Below, one piece after another: positions 37,434 through 50,680 of a DNA stretch of 64,000 bases (the stretch's first letter is position 1; every line of letters starts with the position of its first letter). The notes under the pieces are model-generated. The model was given only the letters and a program-made list of their open reading frames with translations, was not told the origin of the DNA and did not search any database. Source of the DNA: Blepharisma stoltei ATCC 30299 (Eukaryota; Protista; Ciliophora); the NCBI GenBank assembly GCA_965603825.1, contig CBFDEM010000005.1:434001-498000 (forward strand), read 5' to 3'. The position numbers and the translations under genes are program-made.

Positions 37434-39413
37434 CTAATAAGGTTTTCTCGTTAACTTTGGCGTCACCTCTTGTACGAACTCTGAAAAAGTGACTCTCCCA
37501 TCTCTATTTCTATCATATCTATTCATCAGCCCTAATAAATCAGTCTCACTCGGGTACTTTCCATTATCCATTAAAAATTTCCTAAATTCCTCCAAAGAAA
37601 TAAAGCTATTTCTGTTATAATCCAAGCTGCAAAAAGTATCTGTGGCATTAAAATCAGGTCTTTTAGAAATTTCATGTCTAAGTCTTTCTGAGGAATTTTC
37701 GTTGTTTACTAGACATCTCAAAGTTTTTCCAAGCTGAATCATAGTGTCGCTGGTAAAGATTTCTCCTTTATTATTTCTTGGAATCCTTGCTTGGATAATG
37801 GTTAAGTATTCATGCTCTTTTGGAGCGAGCATTTCACAAATGTCGGAGTATCTCAATCTTCCGTCTTCATCATTATCAAAATGCCTGAATAATAAGTAAA
37901 TTTCTTCTTCAGTCGGGTAAACTCCAAGTGATTTAAAACAGTCTTCTATATCAATTTTTGATAAATACCCAAGCCCTTTTCTATCAAATAATCTAAAAGC
38001 GTCCATCAGGGTAAAATCTGAACAAAGGGCGAGGTTTCTTAAGCAAGACTCTAATTGGCGATCAAGAAGAATCTGCTCATTAAGAAGTCGCAATAAATAA
38101 ACACTTTCTACTACTGAGGTTGGCCGAGCTCTTAAAGAAGATCTCAGGTCAACAGTGCTGCTATTTAAATGGGGAGATTCTATGGAAGATCCAAATGTTC
38201 TGTATGCATTGCCTGAAGATCTAAGAGAAATCCGGGACAGATCATTTGATGATTGGAAATTTTCACGAGGAGAAGTTCTATATTGGCTTGAAGGAGATAA
38301 AGAGCGATCAAAAGATTTTCGAAGAGGCTGAGAATAGCGAAGTGATTCTAATGGAGGTACACGCTGAGTTACGCTCCCTTGAGATCCCAAAAATGGGCTC
38401 TTTGGAGATAAACTACGCCTTAATGGAGAAGAATTGCGTTCAATACTTCGGTAAGATCTAAGTGTTTCTCCTTCTCTTATAGATTTTGATAGAAGGTCTG
38501 CAGTTCTTAATGGCGAAGATCTTCTAGCCGACTCTCGGAACGAGCTTTCTCTAAAGGTTTGGGCTAGCCTATTATCGCCTCTTAATGGAGAAGTTCTTCT
38601 CGCTGAGTCTCTGAATGATTTTGCCCATTCTCCTTCTCTAAGAGACTGCGTAAATCGGTCCCCACTTCTAAGCGGCGAGGTTTTCCTTCCAGTTCTATAC
38701 CCATCTTCTCTGAAGTACCCGCTAGAGTTGTATTCTCTTGATCCTTCATCATTTCCAATTGCAACTGCATCTGAGAATTCTCTATAATTGACTCTCCCAT
38801 CAGCATCTTTATCTATCCTTCTAAAAATTGCATCAATTTCGCTTTCTCCGACTTTAAACCTGTTTAGCCTCAAAAATTCTAGTAAATAATATCTGCTTAT
38901 ATATCCAAGTCTTTTCGGGTCCAGAACTTCAAATGCCGCTCTTATAGTGAAATCATATCTGGAATTTAGTGATTTTCTATTGAAATCTAACTCCCTTTGC
39001 AAATCCAGTTCTTTTTGAAATAGCTTCACGAGTGAGTATTCTACATCATAAGAAATGTGAAGCTTTGGAGGACGAGTGGTTGCAATTGCTTTGAGAGAAG
39101 GTCTCGTGGCTGGCAGGACAGATTCTAAGAAATCACTATAAGAAACTCGCCCGTCTCTGTTGTGATCCCAATTTTTGACCAATGTGAATGCTTCTTGCTC
39201 ACTTATTATGACTGAATTTTGACGTAAAAAGTGCAGGAGATCAAATGCTGAAAGATAACTGTTCTCACTTTTATCAAGGGCCTTGAAAATTGAGAATGGC
39301 TCAAAATCTGGATGCTCTCCTAAGACTTGTCTGATTACTTCTACTGATAATTCATATTCTCCAAGGGAAGCGAAAAGCTTGGCTAGTTTATATTCACTTT
39401 CAGATTTCAGCAT
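37434..39413 (-). CDS. Multi-EF-hand calcium-binding protein with central SPLR repeats, 659 aa
   Basis: DHNRDGRVSYSDF, DKDADGRVNYREF, DNDEDGRLRYSDI, DRNRDGRVTFSEF; duplicated halves. Confidence 0.9.
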   Translation of the reverse strand: MLKSESEYKLAKLFASLGEYELSVEVIRQVLGEHPDFEPFSIFKALDKSENSYLSAFDLLHFLRQNSVIISEQEAFTLVKNWDHNRDGRVSYSDFLESVLPATRPSLKAIATTRPPKLHISYDVEYSLVKLFQKELDLQRELDFNRKSLNSRYDFTIRAAFEVLDPKRLGYISRYYLLEFLRLNRFKVGESEIDAIFRRIDKDADGRVNYREFSDAVAIGNDEGSREYNSSGYFREDGYRTGRKTSPLRSGDRFTQSLREGEWAKSFRDSARRTSPLRGDNRLAQTFRESSFRESARRSSPLRTADLLSKSIREGETLRSYRSIERNSSPLRRSLSPKSPFLGSQGSVTQRVPPLESLRYSQPLRKSFDRSLSPSSQYRTSPRENFQSSNDLSRISLRSSGNAYRTFGSSIESPHLNSSTVDLRSSLRARPTSVVESVYLLRLLNEQILLDRQLESCLRNLALCSDFTLMDAFRLFDRKGLGYLSKIDIEDCFKSLGVYPTEEEIYLLFRHFDNDEDGRLRYSDICEMLAPKEHEYLTIIQARIPRNNKGEIFTSDTMIQLGKTLRCLVNNENSSERLRHEISKRPDFNATDTFCSLDYNRNSFISLEEFRKFLMDNGKYPSETDLLGLMNRYDRNRDGRVTFSEFVQEVTPKLTRKPY

Positions 39414-39508
39414 TTTTATTGATAGGAAATTAAAATGGATTTTTTGATGTGTGAATTTTTTTTTAAATCTTATAGGTAAGTTAAAGTAAATTAATTTACA
39501 TTATTTGT

Positions 39509-40399
39509 TTATTCTATTTTTTTCCGTTTCTTTTTAAAGCATAAATGCCCATTGAATATGGATTCAATGTAATTTATTGATCCCAACAATGGAGCTGGAA
39601 ATTTCGTTTTGTCAATTTCAATTGGCTTGGGCTCTACGAAGTTAAATAAAATTTCTTTATTTTTTCATCCTAATTTTCCTAAATCATCTGCAGCCAAAAA
39701 TTTCGTTCTGTTATCGCTTATTTCTGGCTGCATTGATAAAAGTTCACACAAAAAGACTCTTAATGAGTTTTCTGTTGTTTCCAGTTCATTTAAGCTCCCA
39801 CTCACCCCTATTTCGTTAATACAGGCTGAAGTATTTTTTATGATATCTGCAATGAGCATCTCCTTTGCTTCATTTAATTTATATAGAACTTTATTTATGT
39901 GCTCGTTTTCTTTTTTTATTTCCGCTATATCATTTAGAGAATTCTGAACTGAGGTAATAAGTTTGGATACTTTTTGTTCATTTTCTACGAAAATTTTTTC
40001 TTTGTATTTTATAACTTCTTGAGTTTTTGAGCTTTTTAGAGAGCTGAAGTCGTGGGTTATGTGGCTTGTCAAACAGTTTTGACAAAGAAGCTTTTCATCT
40101 ACTGAGCAATAAGCGATTATTTCTGATAAATGAGTCTTCTCGCAAGTCAAGCTTGGCGGAGAAACATTTTTCGACAAAAGTTTGAGTAAAATATGATTTT
40201 GGCTGATTTTCTTACTTGGCTCTCTACAAATAAAACAAACATAGTTTGGTGCTCTCTCATTGAGACACGCAAAGCAGAAGGTATGACCACAGCTGAGAAC
40301 ATAAGGTATAAAAAGAGAATTGAACTCTGTTTTGCAAATAGGGCATAAAATTCACGAATTTTCGTCTGAATTTTGATCTGAATAGCCCCCTTCTTCCAT
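39509..40399 (-). CDS. RING / B-box / coiled-coil protein, 296 aa (related to 33913-34947)
   Basis: With TGA=Trp: CPIC..PYVLSCGHTFCFAC..CFIC; CEKTH..YCSVDEKLLCQNCLTSH; shares the ACINEI/TCINEI motif. Confidence 0.85.
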
Positions 40400-40647
40400 T
40401 TATTAAATTCTTTAAATTTTTAAAAAGATTTTTAATTGATATGCTTTTCTTTATACAACTGGATAATAAAAGGGACTTGATTGGGAAGTTATTTAACTGA
40501 GCTATAATAATCTTCAATGAGCTAAATTGATGACACCATAATTACAAAAGCTAAGTAAAAATTTTTATAGATATAAAAAGTATTATTTATAGGCTAAACT
40601 CAAGTCCTATATCATATTTTATTTATGCTAATTAAAAATTAAATCAA

Positions 40648-43600
40648 CTATAAAGAGTTGTTGTAGCTTGCATAGTATGACTCGAACGCTCTATTGATTG
40701 GCTTATGTATAATAGTCTTATTAAACTCAAACCCATACTTCCCAGGAAATCCTTCTTCAAGCAATTTTTTAGTAACTTCGCTCACATTGACTTTTCCAGG
40801 CATTCCATTGCTTTCCATTTTATTAGCAACATCTACATCAGGTCCATAAATATCATATCTAACTATGTCATTCCCTGTGATCCCTCCTACCAAATCTCCT
40901 GTATGCATTCCAATCCTCATATTTAATTTCGTCATATTTTTCTCATTGATATCTTTTATTGCCTTTACCATATCAAAAGCCATATTCAGCATATTCTCAC
41001 ATTCCTCATACAAATTCCTCTCAGTTTTTCTACTTTGAGCGTCTCTAAAGCTCATAATGACGTAGCAGTCACCAATTGTGTGAACTTTAAATACATTATG
41101 GCTTAAGCATAGATTATCAAAAATAGTGAAAAATCCAGACAGCATAGAAATGACTTCTTCCGGACTTCTTGAAGAAGAAAAATCAGTGAAGCCACAAATA
41201 TCAGCGAAAATCATGGTAACTTCATTAAATCGGTCAGTTGTAGCAAGATCATTCATCATATTTCTGACAGCATGGGGCGGGATTAATTGGTTTAGCAGCC
41301 TTTTAGTTTTGGATATTTCACTTTTCATGAGTTTGTGGAGGTTAAAAGTAATTCGTGATTGTTTCTCTTTGTTATGCAATGCAAGCATGTTTAATAGGCA
41401 GTAGAAAATAAAAGGAAAAATTGTTTCTAGGGCTTCTTCTTTTTCAAAATTAATAGAAATAATAAGAATTGTGGGAATTGTAAGGAGCAAGGTAGAGAAT
41501 AGCAAGTTTGCAAAAGGAAGAAAGCAAGCAGTGCCAATTAACTGCAATTCAAATAGGATTTCTAGCGTAATTAAAATACAGCAGTTTTTTGGTGAATTAT
41601 AAAAAGTAACCACATTCAAAATTCCCAAAGATAAAAATCCAGCAAATAAAATTCATGAAAAGAAAATTTTTATATGAAGTTTTCTATATTTTGCTAAAAC
41701 ACCTATAAGCGATAGCAAAATCACTATTTTTAATGAAATGAGTCCAAAAATTATTTCATCTTTATCAATGAAAATAAACCTAAATAAATGCACAGTTGTA
41801 GCAAGTAAAATTAATATCATTTCTCCTCATATTTTATATTTCATTGCCAGCTCTAATTTGTCGATAACTCTTAGCCTTAATTCGACTTCCTCTTCAGTTT
41901 TATAATGAAATCGAGTAAGCTTTATTCCTTCTACAAACCCAAGCTCTTGTTTAGATAGCCCAGATCTTTCTATCATTTCGTTTAATATTGAAGTCATATT
42001 AATAATTTTTTTGCATTTTTCACCTCCTTTTACACTATAAAATCTGTTGCTTCTCCGAATAAAACCTTCAGTTTTAGTGGCTTCCCTCTTAACGATCCAT
42101 GAATTATCTTGATCGGTGGTTGAGCCATTATTATGAGAATCTATTCTATCACGCAATGGGCTTAGCAGGGGTTGCTTTTGCACTAGAAAAGTTTTAAGAA
42201 TCCCTTTACCTTTAGCTTCTACCTTATTATAAATAAAATCAAAAGCGCAATCTTTGACTAATTCATAAGTTGACTTAGAAATTTGGATTGAATCTGGCTC
42301 TTTAAGTGTACTCATCATTCTGCTGGCAGTGTTTACAGTATCTCCAACTAGAGAAAACTGAGGTTTATGAAGTCCTACAACGCCTGCTATTACCGGACCT
42401 GAGTTTATTCCTATCTTTACCCTTAGTTTTTCACCAGTTTTAAGAAAGACATGCTGGAGTTTATCTAGAATTGCTAGGGCTAGTTCTACAGTTCTCATCC
42501 CATGATTTTTGGTTAGCTTTGTTTTTGGGCGCAACACTTCATCTTGAGCTATCCCTGCGCATGTCATGAATGTTTTATTTACTGTTTCTATCTTCGCTAC
42601 ACCAAAATCATCACATAATTTATCTAGCAAATCAAAATAGGCATCAAGAAGATCAATTAATTCACTAGGAGAATGAGTTGCACAGATGCTATCAAATTGA
42701 TAAATATCACAAAACATCACAGTAACATCAGGCTGGCCTAGCACAATTGCTCTTTCTCCTTTTTTTACTTTATCTTTGATAAAATGTGGAAATAAATTTG
42801 ATAATATTTCTATACCTTTGTTGTATTGAAATTTTACAGTCTCAATAAAAAGATACTGCAATTTTGTATCTCTTTCATACGCGTAACTTATCATTGCGTT
42901 TAGGAATACCATACCAGAGCCCAAAAACAAATAAACAAAGCCATTCAATATCCCAATAACCAATGGGGAAATTTTGATTTCTATTGTAAACATTCACGCA
43001 GCATAAATTATGAAATTCGCAATATTTAATAAAGAAATGTAATAAGAGTAATTTTTGGTCACGATAAAGGTATAAAACGACATAAGAGCACTTGATAATG
43101 TCATATCATAACCTATTCCATAATCAATAAATATTTTAAATAATAAAGATAGCCCAATTCAAGATATTATCAGCTGCGCATGATATTTTTCGAACTGCTG
43201 GAATCATAAGCAAATAAAAATAAAAAAAATCAATATTAACGTGATAATTTCTAAAGCTCTCAAAATGATGTGCTCATCGTCGTTATTTGTAAGAAAGATG
43301 TTAAGAATGAATATAATAAAGAATACTATCAGGCTAAGAAGAACATATAATCTTCTGGAAGATTTGCTCTCTTTTACAGAATCAGCCTGAAATTCATTTT
43401 CTAAATATGGATTGCTAAATCGCATAGTAATTGGTTTCATTTTGTAGTTAAGTATAACAGCTTTCTTATCTCACGCAGTGTCATAGTTTGTGAAATCAAA
43501 TAGCTGTTTGAAATCTTCTTGAACATTATCTGGGCTGATAAGCGCTGTGCTTTTAAATATTTTTTTATTTCTCAAATAATTTTGGCTTTGCTTAAGGTGA

Positions 43601-46600
43601 GCTAAATAATGAAAGGAAAGCCTAAATGCCAAGCAAATTAGAGGGACAGTGAATAGATTTATTAAATTGACAACATTTGAAAATAATTTAGATGATGTGC
43701 CTTTCATGTAGTAATTATTGGCAGGTCCGTAGTCAAGTAAAAATACAAAGGAAAATGCAAATAATATTACGAATATAGAAGCAATGAAGAACAGGAGGCT
43801 TCATGATTTGGCTATAACTCATAACTCATATAAGACTACTTGAAGAATTATTAAGAAGCAAATGCAGCCTATTGTGAAATAATCTTCAGCATTACCATGC
43901 AAATCAAAACTGTCTGCAGTAAAAAGCACTGCCAATAAAAATATTAAAAGTGCCTGAAAAGCTCCAAGCACTATATATCATAAACTTTCCTTAGACATAA
44001 AATCTCATCTATAATAGAGTTCAGGTTTTTTAATTAATTTTTCTTTTTCATAGTCTTTATCAATCACTCCAAGCCATATAATTGGCAAAATGATAAGCAT
44101 GCCATAAAAAATAGTGATCATTCATGATTCATATAAAAAGCTAGCTGAGTACATATTAATAAATGAGTAATAAAATAGTAAGAATGCCAATAAGCAACTA
44201 ATGTAGATTAAAACTTGTCGAATTTTTGGCATCCTTATGCAGTTTCAGTGGCCATAAACTTGCAGTAAAGGAATCAGGCATTTGAAGTTTGCAATCGCAA
44301 AGTCACTGCATTTTGCTGCTTGACACCCTTCCTTCCCTAATATCCCAATGCCTATATTTGCTTCATTAATCATGGCACAATCATTTGCTCCATCGCCGAT
44401 TGCCAGCATGACAGGGCGAGATAAAACGTTTTCATTAAATATTTTTACGATCCTTGCTTTTTGGGCTGGAGTTGTTCTATATAAAATAACAGCTTTAGCA
44501 GCACAGCCAAGTGCTAAAAAATATTGCAAATGTTTGACATTTCTCATTATAGCATCAAGTGAGAGTCCTTCTACAGCAATTCCATAGTTATATGATTCAT
44601 TTCTTTTTATAAATATGCAGTCTTGTTCTAGCTCAATACTAGTTTTTGATTCTGATTCTTTTAGACTCATTGACTCAGATTTCTGTATAAAACTACCTGA
44701 TTCTTGTGGTAAAAACCTATTATTATACTCCTTTTCAAGGACCTCAAATAAAAATTTTTCATGAGAATAAGATAATTGTATAATTTCTGTTTCACTGTCA
44801 AATAATGTAGAAGCGTATGCTGTACTTATAGAAGTTTCACGTCTGTCACCCGTCATCATTCATATTTTGATCCCTGCTTTACGAAGAGAACTTACAGTTT
44901 CTGAGACACCATCTTGAAGTTTATCCTCAATTGCAACAGCTCCAATAATATACAAATCTTTTTCATATAAGTTTGCTACTTCTTTGAGCCTCGATTCGCT
45001 ATTAGTCATTGCATTTTTTGCAGCTATTCATTGCTCCTCAAATTTAGCAGCCTCTTCTTCAGTTAAAGTTTTTCTGGCAATAGCAAGCACTCTTAATCCA
45101 TTTTTAGTGTGATTTTCTATTTCTTTTGTCAATTTCTTTATATATTTTTCTGAGTTTAATGATTTTGTGCACAATACATCATCGGCTCCTTTGCATAATA
45201 AAACTGGATATTTATCACAATTAAGCTCTTTTACCACAATTGACATGATTTTTCTCTCAGGATCAAATTTGTTAAGTCCATATATTTTATAATATTTTGT
45301 TGAACCAAAGATTTTTAGCTCCATTACATTTTCTTTTGTGCTTTTATATTCAACACCAGACATAAAAGCTGCCATTATTAGTGCTTCTTCATCTAGAGAC
45401 TCACCTTTATATTTAATATCTTCATTTATTGACAACGGACTAACAGTATGACAAATTGCTAGAACTTTTAATAAATCTAGCATGGTGTCATACAATTTGC
45501 TACTAAATAGGAGAGGCATTTCTTCAATATCATAGCTTTTGCCTTTAATTACAAAATATTTTAATTTCATTTTATTTTCAGTAAGAGTCCCAGTTTTATC
45601 TGTAAAAATGTATTTAACCTTTCCCAAATCTTCATTTAGACGTAGACTACTGCTTATAATTGTTTCATGCTTTTTATCATCATAAAAGCATAAATCTTGC
45701 CTCATAAATCAAAATTGTATTAAACCAATTAAATCAACAATACTATAATAATTGATAGGGATTAAATAACTAAATAATATGAGAAAGCTTAAAATATCCA
45801 TTCAAGATGATGAAGGGTTCAAGCCTGTAAAATATTTGTACTCATGCTCATAATAGTATGAATGAGTGATAGTAAGTATGCATAAAATTAATGTCATAGC
45901 TGAGAGCAATATAAAGATTCAGAAAATATATTTATCCATTACTTTATCAGTATTCTTACTCTTATGTCATAATTCTTGAGAGTTTATCATAATTTTTGTG
46001 TCTGGACCAGTATAAACTACAATCCCCATTATTCATTCAGTATTTTTCAATTTTGACCCTCGCAATACAAAATTCTCAATGGAAAGAGGTATCGCTTTAG
46101 GGTATTTCACCAATTTTATGCTCCCATATACAGTATGATAATTATCATTTGGATGATCAATTTTTAGAATTGCATTATCCAACTTAAAAATCCTATGAAT
46201 TGCCTTTTCATAATTTTTGCTTTCAAAAATTTTTGCAAAATCTGAGACAGGTTTTCTCATGCTCAGCCTTGTAGACCCATCTAAATTAAAAGTCTCAAAG
46301 AAGCAAGAGTCTTCTGAGTCACTTGTTGCTATCAAAATTAAATCTGCTGGCACTTCTTCATTATTTTTAACTACAATCACATATCCCACCCTTATGTCTT
46401 CTCATTTTTTGTGTATAAATTGTTTACTGCTTTCACTTCAAACAAGAGAATCTCTTGAATTTACGCAGGAATCGCTTTTTCGTTTCAAATAATTAGCAAA
46501 TATATCATGCACCAAATTCAAAAATAAAGAAATCGCAAAAATAGTTGTTGTTGACTCGCTTTGTAATGGAGAAAGATCATATGGGATATATTGAAAGATT

Positions 46601-46836
46601 GTGACAATTAGATATCAAATATAGCCTAATCTTTTAAATTGGGAGAATAAAATGAATGGGATCAGAAAGAAATATGAATTCAAATTTGTGTTTATTGAGT
46701 TGTCTGGGTAAAGGTTATTTCGGTAGCCTTGGCCTCTAAATATTTCAATTTCACGAGCTACCGCTTTAGAAGAGTCATATTGCAATGTTGTTTGTCGAAG
46801 TTTATATCTGCTTTTATCATCTGAAGTGTCATCCAT
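40648..46836 (-). CDS. Alveolate-type bifunctional P4-ATPase-like / guanylyl cyclase, 2062 aa
   Basis: Eight ORF pieces share one frame and all internal breaks seen are TGA. VPADLIL, DKTGTLT, KGAD, [W]MMTGD, GDGAND; two class III cyclase domains (KIETV..GDTVNTASRM; FADICGFT..TIGDCY). Confidence 0.93.
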
Positions 46837-47300
46837 TGTTAATGCTATTATTTATCACTTAAAAGATAAAGCCATAATTATTTCAAATAAATTTTATTTT
46901 TTAATTTTAAGCATTAAAAGTTAATTCTAGTAGTTGTGTTTGATTTATTTCAAATGCTAAATTATAAATTTAGATTAAAAGATAATTATCCAAATGTGGC
47001 TGCTTTGCTTGATTATACCAATAATAGAAATTAATCAGCACACATAATAAATAACTATCTAGTATTTTATTTTAAATTCAATTCTGCATATCATAGTTAG
47101 ATTCATATCATAGCTACTTAAGTTGCTGTATTTAGGCAAGATGCTTTTTGATAAGTTTAGATGCATATCATAAATAAAAACGTTATAGTAAATTAATCTA
47201 TCTTTTAAATATATTTATATCTATTAGAATATAAATTATAGTAGTTTTTTCAAGTTTTAATAGAAAATAAAAATTATTTTAATTACTAGTTAAATCATAA

Positions 47301-48213
47301 ATGTCATTACAAGCAGCAGATTTATTTTTCAAATGTTTGCAGCTTAGTGAGTACGCAGGAGCCTTCATTAGAAATGTATGAAATAGCCAAAATTTAAATG
47401 CATTTGAAAAAGGAGTCAATGATCCTTGCACTGCTGCAGATTTAGGAGCTCAGAAGCTCATATCTGCAACTTTGCATCGTTATTTCCCTGATTTATGCAT
47501 AATTGGTGAAGAAGATGTTATGGTTGAAGACAAAGAGTAAGGAAATAATCAGCGCAATAAATTTAGATAACAATAGCATTGATCCATTTGCAAGCTATAA
47601 TAAAGAGTTGGAAATCCAAAAATTGACTGTTTGGGTTGATCCACTAGATGGGACCTCTAATTTTGTAATGGGAGCTTTAGAAGGGGCAACCACGCTTATA
47701 GGGATTGCTTATGAAGAAACTCCAATTTTTGGAATAATTCATCAAGTTTTTGGAGATGGGGCTCCCTCTTATTTTGGAGGGATTGAGTTTGGGACTTTTT
47801 ATAAGGATCAAGCAGAGATTAGACCGTTTCATCCAGCAGAGTGCGAAGATTTTACAATAACTGGGACAAGGCTACATAAAACACTTTTGAATGAAGAAAT
47901 GAACAATATTTTGAGACCTGATAGAATTATTGAAGCTGATGGATGCGGAAATAAGTCTTTGCAAGTGGTCAGAGGAATTGCATCTTCCTATTTCACATGC
48001 ACCACCAAAACTTACAAATGAGATATGTGCCCTTCTGCTGCATTTATGCGGGCTTTTAATGGATTTGTAGTCGATTATAATGGAAAAGATCTCCCATTTA
48101 ATAAAGAAGCAGACAAGAGAAACCAATTCGGAGCTATTGTAACCTTAAAGGAAGATTACAAAAATCGGATTATAGAAGCTTGGAGAAGCTTAAACAGAGA
48201 TACATTAGCTTAA
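47301..48213 (+). CDS. 3'(2'),5'-bisphosphate nucleotidase (BPNT1-like, inositol monophosphatase family), 298 aa; one 16-nt intron
   Basis: DPCTAAD, IIGEE, WVDPLDGT, K[TGA=W]D; intron 47537-47552 restores the frame. Confidence 0.88.
47537..47552 (+). other. 16-nt intron GTAAGGAAATAATCAG
   Basis: Required to join the IIGEE exon to the WVDPLDGT exon. Confidence 0.9.
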
Positions 48214-48247
48214 ATTATTATTATCATCTTAAAATTATTAATTTAAT

Positions 48248-50107
48248 ATGAGCTTTTCAGACTTAATTTCAGTGCTATCTACCCAGTATTCAGCACAAAT
48301 CACACAACTTCTAACTTCTCGCGACAAAATACCAAGGTTTATACTAGAGTAAGCTTTATTCAGTCTGATGGAGTTTATTGACATCTCCCCGCTCTGGGGA
48401 ATCAGTCTTCTTGAAAACCCTTTAGACATACTTTCAGACTTTAAAAACTGCATAATTTCTATTGAAAGAAGTTTTATTCAAAATAGCACGGTCACAACTT
48501 CTTTTTCTCTCAACATCCAATCTTCCCCAATCTGCGTATCTAGACTGAGCGATATCTTCTTGCACCCTAGAAAGATGGTAAATGTTACCTCTTTAGCTAT
48601 AAAATCATTATCCTCAGCTAAAACTATCATAAATTCTTCTGAGTTTTTTTGTAGATCTTGCATTGATAGTTTCTCTGTCTTCGCTGATTTAGCATATGTA
48701 AATACTATTGAGTATCCTTATAGCTGCAAAGTCAAAAAAATCATGCCAAATGATTTAAAAGCTTTACCGAAGACAAAAGTTGTAGAAAATACTATGATGA
48801 TTGACCAAGATAGTGAGAAGTGCTTAGGGTCTTGTTTTGATATTTTAGAAGGGACGAATAAATATAGTGATTATCAAGAAGCTATCATTAGTGATGGAAA
48901 GCAAGAACTCTCAGCAATAATGGAAGGAGCACTCTGCCATCAGGTAAAGCCAGGAGATTCTGTAGAAGTGACTTGCATTTTAACTCAGAGATGGCTGAAA
49001 GAGTTTATATCAGGACAAACTTGTGAGGCTGAATATGTCCTTTTAATTTTTGATATTAGAAAGGTAAGACCTATATGCCAAATCCCTAAGAGCGGTATTG
49101 CGTTTTTGAAGGATTCATTCTTAGGTACTGACGAATTCTCAGTCAGAGAAACTATACTGAGAAGTGCTTTTCCTCAATCCTATGGAAATTACTATGTGAA
49201 ATTTGGAATTTTGCTCAACTGTTTGGCTTATTTTGGAAAAGCTTGCAGCAATGTTCTTATTATGGGCGAATCAGGCACAGGAAAATCTACATTTGTATCA
49301 TCCCTTCAAAGGCTATTGCAAGGAAATATCAAAATTCTGAATGGTGCTTTAACCTATAAGTCTTGTCTCAATAAATCATTTTTAAAAAATTCTTTAACAG
49401 GAAGCCTTGAAGCTGGCCTTATGCAATCAGAAAGCTTACTATGCATTGATGATTTTCACTTACTCAAAGATAAGCCACTAGTCTATAAAGCCATGGAATC
49501 AAGAAGCGTCATAGCTTTTGTAATGACATATGAAAATAATGAAAATTCTAATCATAAAAATCAGTTTGATCCGACCATGAATAAAGGTATAAAGCTAACC
49601 CCAGAAATGGACAGATTTGACCTAATTCTTAAAGTAGCAAACTATACGCATGATTCAGAATTTTGCACAAGGAAACTGAGTGACAGCTCAATGGAAGAGT
49701 CTTCAAATATATGAGACGTTGATACAATAAGAGCATATTTGCTGTCAATTGTGAGACCACTGGAAGGAATAGATATAAAAAATCCAAAAATTCAGTCACT
49801 GCTAGAGAGGTTTATTGCGTATATGATCACTTATAATTTGAAATTTTCTGATGGAAATTCATCAAGTGGGCTTTCTATTAGACTGCTTGAAAGTACAATA
49901 AAACTGGCTAAAGCTAATGCAATGCTGATGTCACATAAAGAAGTAATGATGCAAGATGTGCTAGACATAATGCTTCTAATAAGTTTGGGAACTCAAGATG
50001 ACTGTGGATTGCTGAACCAAGCCTTTATTAATAGACAGATGTATCATGACGAAATCTCGAGATTGCTATATAACATTGAGCTATGTGTAGGACCATCAAA
50101 TACCTAA
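48248..50107 (+). CDS. Divergent MCM-family helicase, MCM9-like, 614 aa; one 15-nt intron
   Basis: YSDYQE, VKPGDSV..QRW, Walker A GESGTGKS, Walker B CIDDF, DRFDL, IRLLESTIKLAKANA. Confidence 0.8.
48349..48363 (+). other. 15-nt intron GTAAGCTTTATTCAG
   Basis: Removes an in-frame TAA and links to ATG48248. Confidence 0.85.
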
Positions 50108-50167
50108 GTAAATATAAGTTTTAGATATTTTCATTTATTTGCAAATAAAATATTTATAGTAATTATT

Positions 50168-50593
50168 ATGTCACCACCGAAAGGTAAAAAAGCAGCTGGA
50201 AAATCTGGAAAACAGCCCGTCGATGAAGAAGAGAAAAAAGGTCCAGCTAAACTAAAAACATGCAAGTAAACTCTATTAAGTCATGTCAAAGCAAGGCATA
50301 TCCTGTGCGAAAAACAAGGAAAACTATTAGAAGCATTTAATATCCTTAAAGAATCATCAGGAAATAGGCCATCGCCTGCTGAATTTGGAAGAATTGCTGA
50401 GCAGTACTCAGAATGCTCCTCAGCCAGACGAGGAGGTGACTTAGGATGGTTTCCAAGAGGCCGTATGGTTGGTCCTTTCCAAGAGGTTGCTTTTAATCTT
50501 GAGCCTGGAACAATGAGTGAGCCTTTTAAAACAGGGTAATCTCTATTTAGTGAAGGGTGGCACATTGTACTTGTTGAAGGAAGAAAAGCCTAA
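50168..50593 (+). CDS. PIN4: Parvulin-type peptidyl-prolyl isomerase (Par14/PIN4), 131 aa; two 15-nt introns
   Basis: [47 protein letters not shown]; introns 50266-50280 and 50536-50550. Missed by the ORF track. Confidence 0.9.
50266..50280 (+). other. 15-nt intron GTAAACTCTATTAAG
   Basis: Removes an in-frame TAA in PIN4. Confidence 0.9.
50536..50550 (+). other. 15-nt intron GTAATCTCTATTTAG
   Basis: Removes an in-frame TAA and restores PFKTGEGWH. Confidence 0.92.
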
Positions 50594-50680
50594 AATACAA
50601 ATAACTAAAAAATTGTGAATTGATGATTTAATTTATAAACTCACGAATTCTATGGCTCTATACGCCATTTTATTATTTGG

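Noticed and set aside
7352-46836. Fragmented ORFs read as pseudogenes, selenoproteins or operons
   Set aside because: The breaks are in-frame TGA, many at Trp positions, or tiny introns; each set is a single gene.
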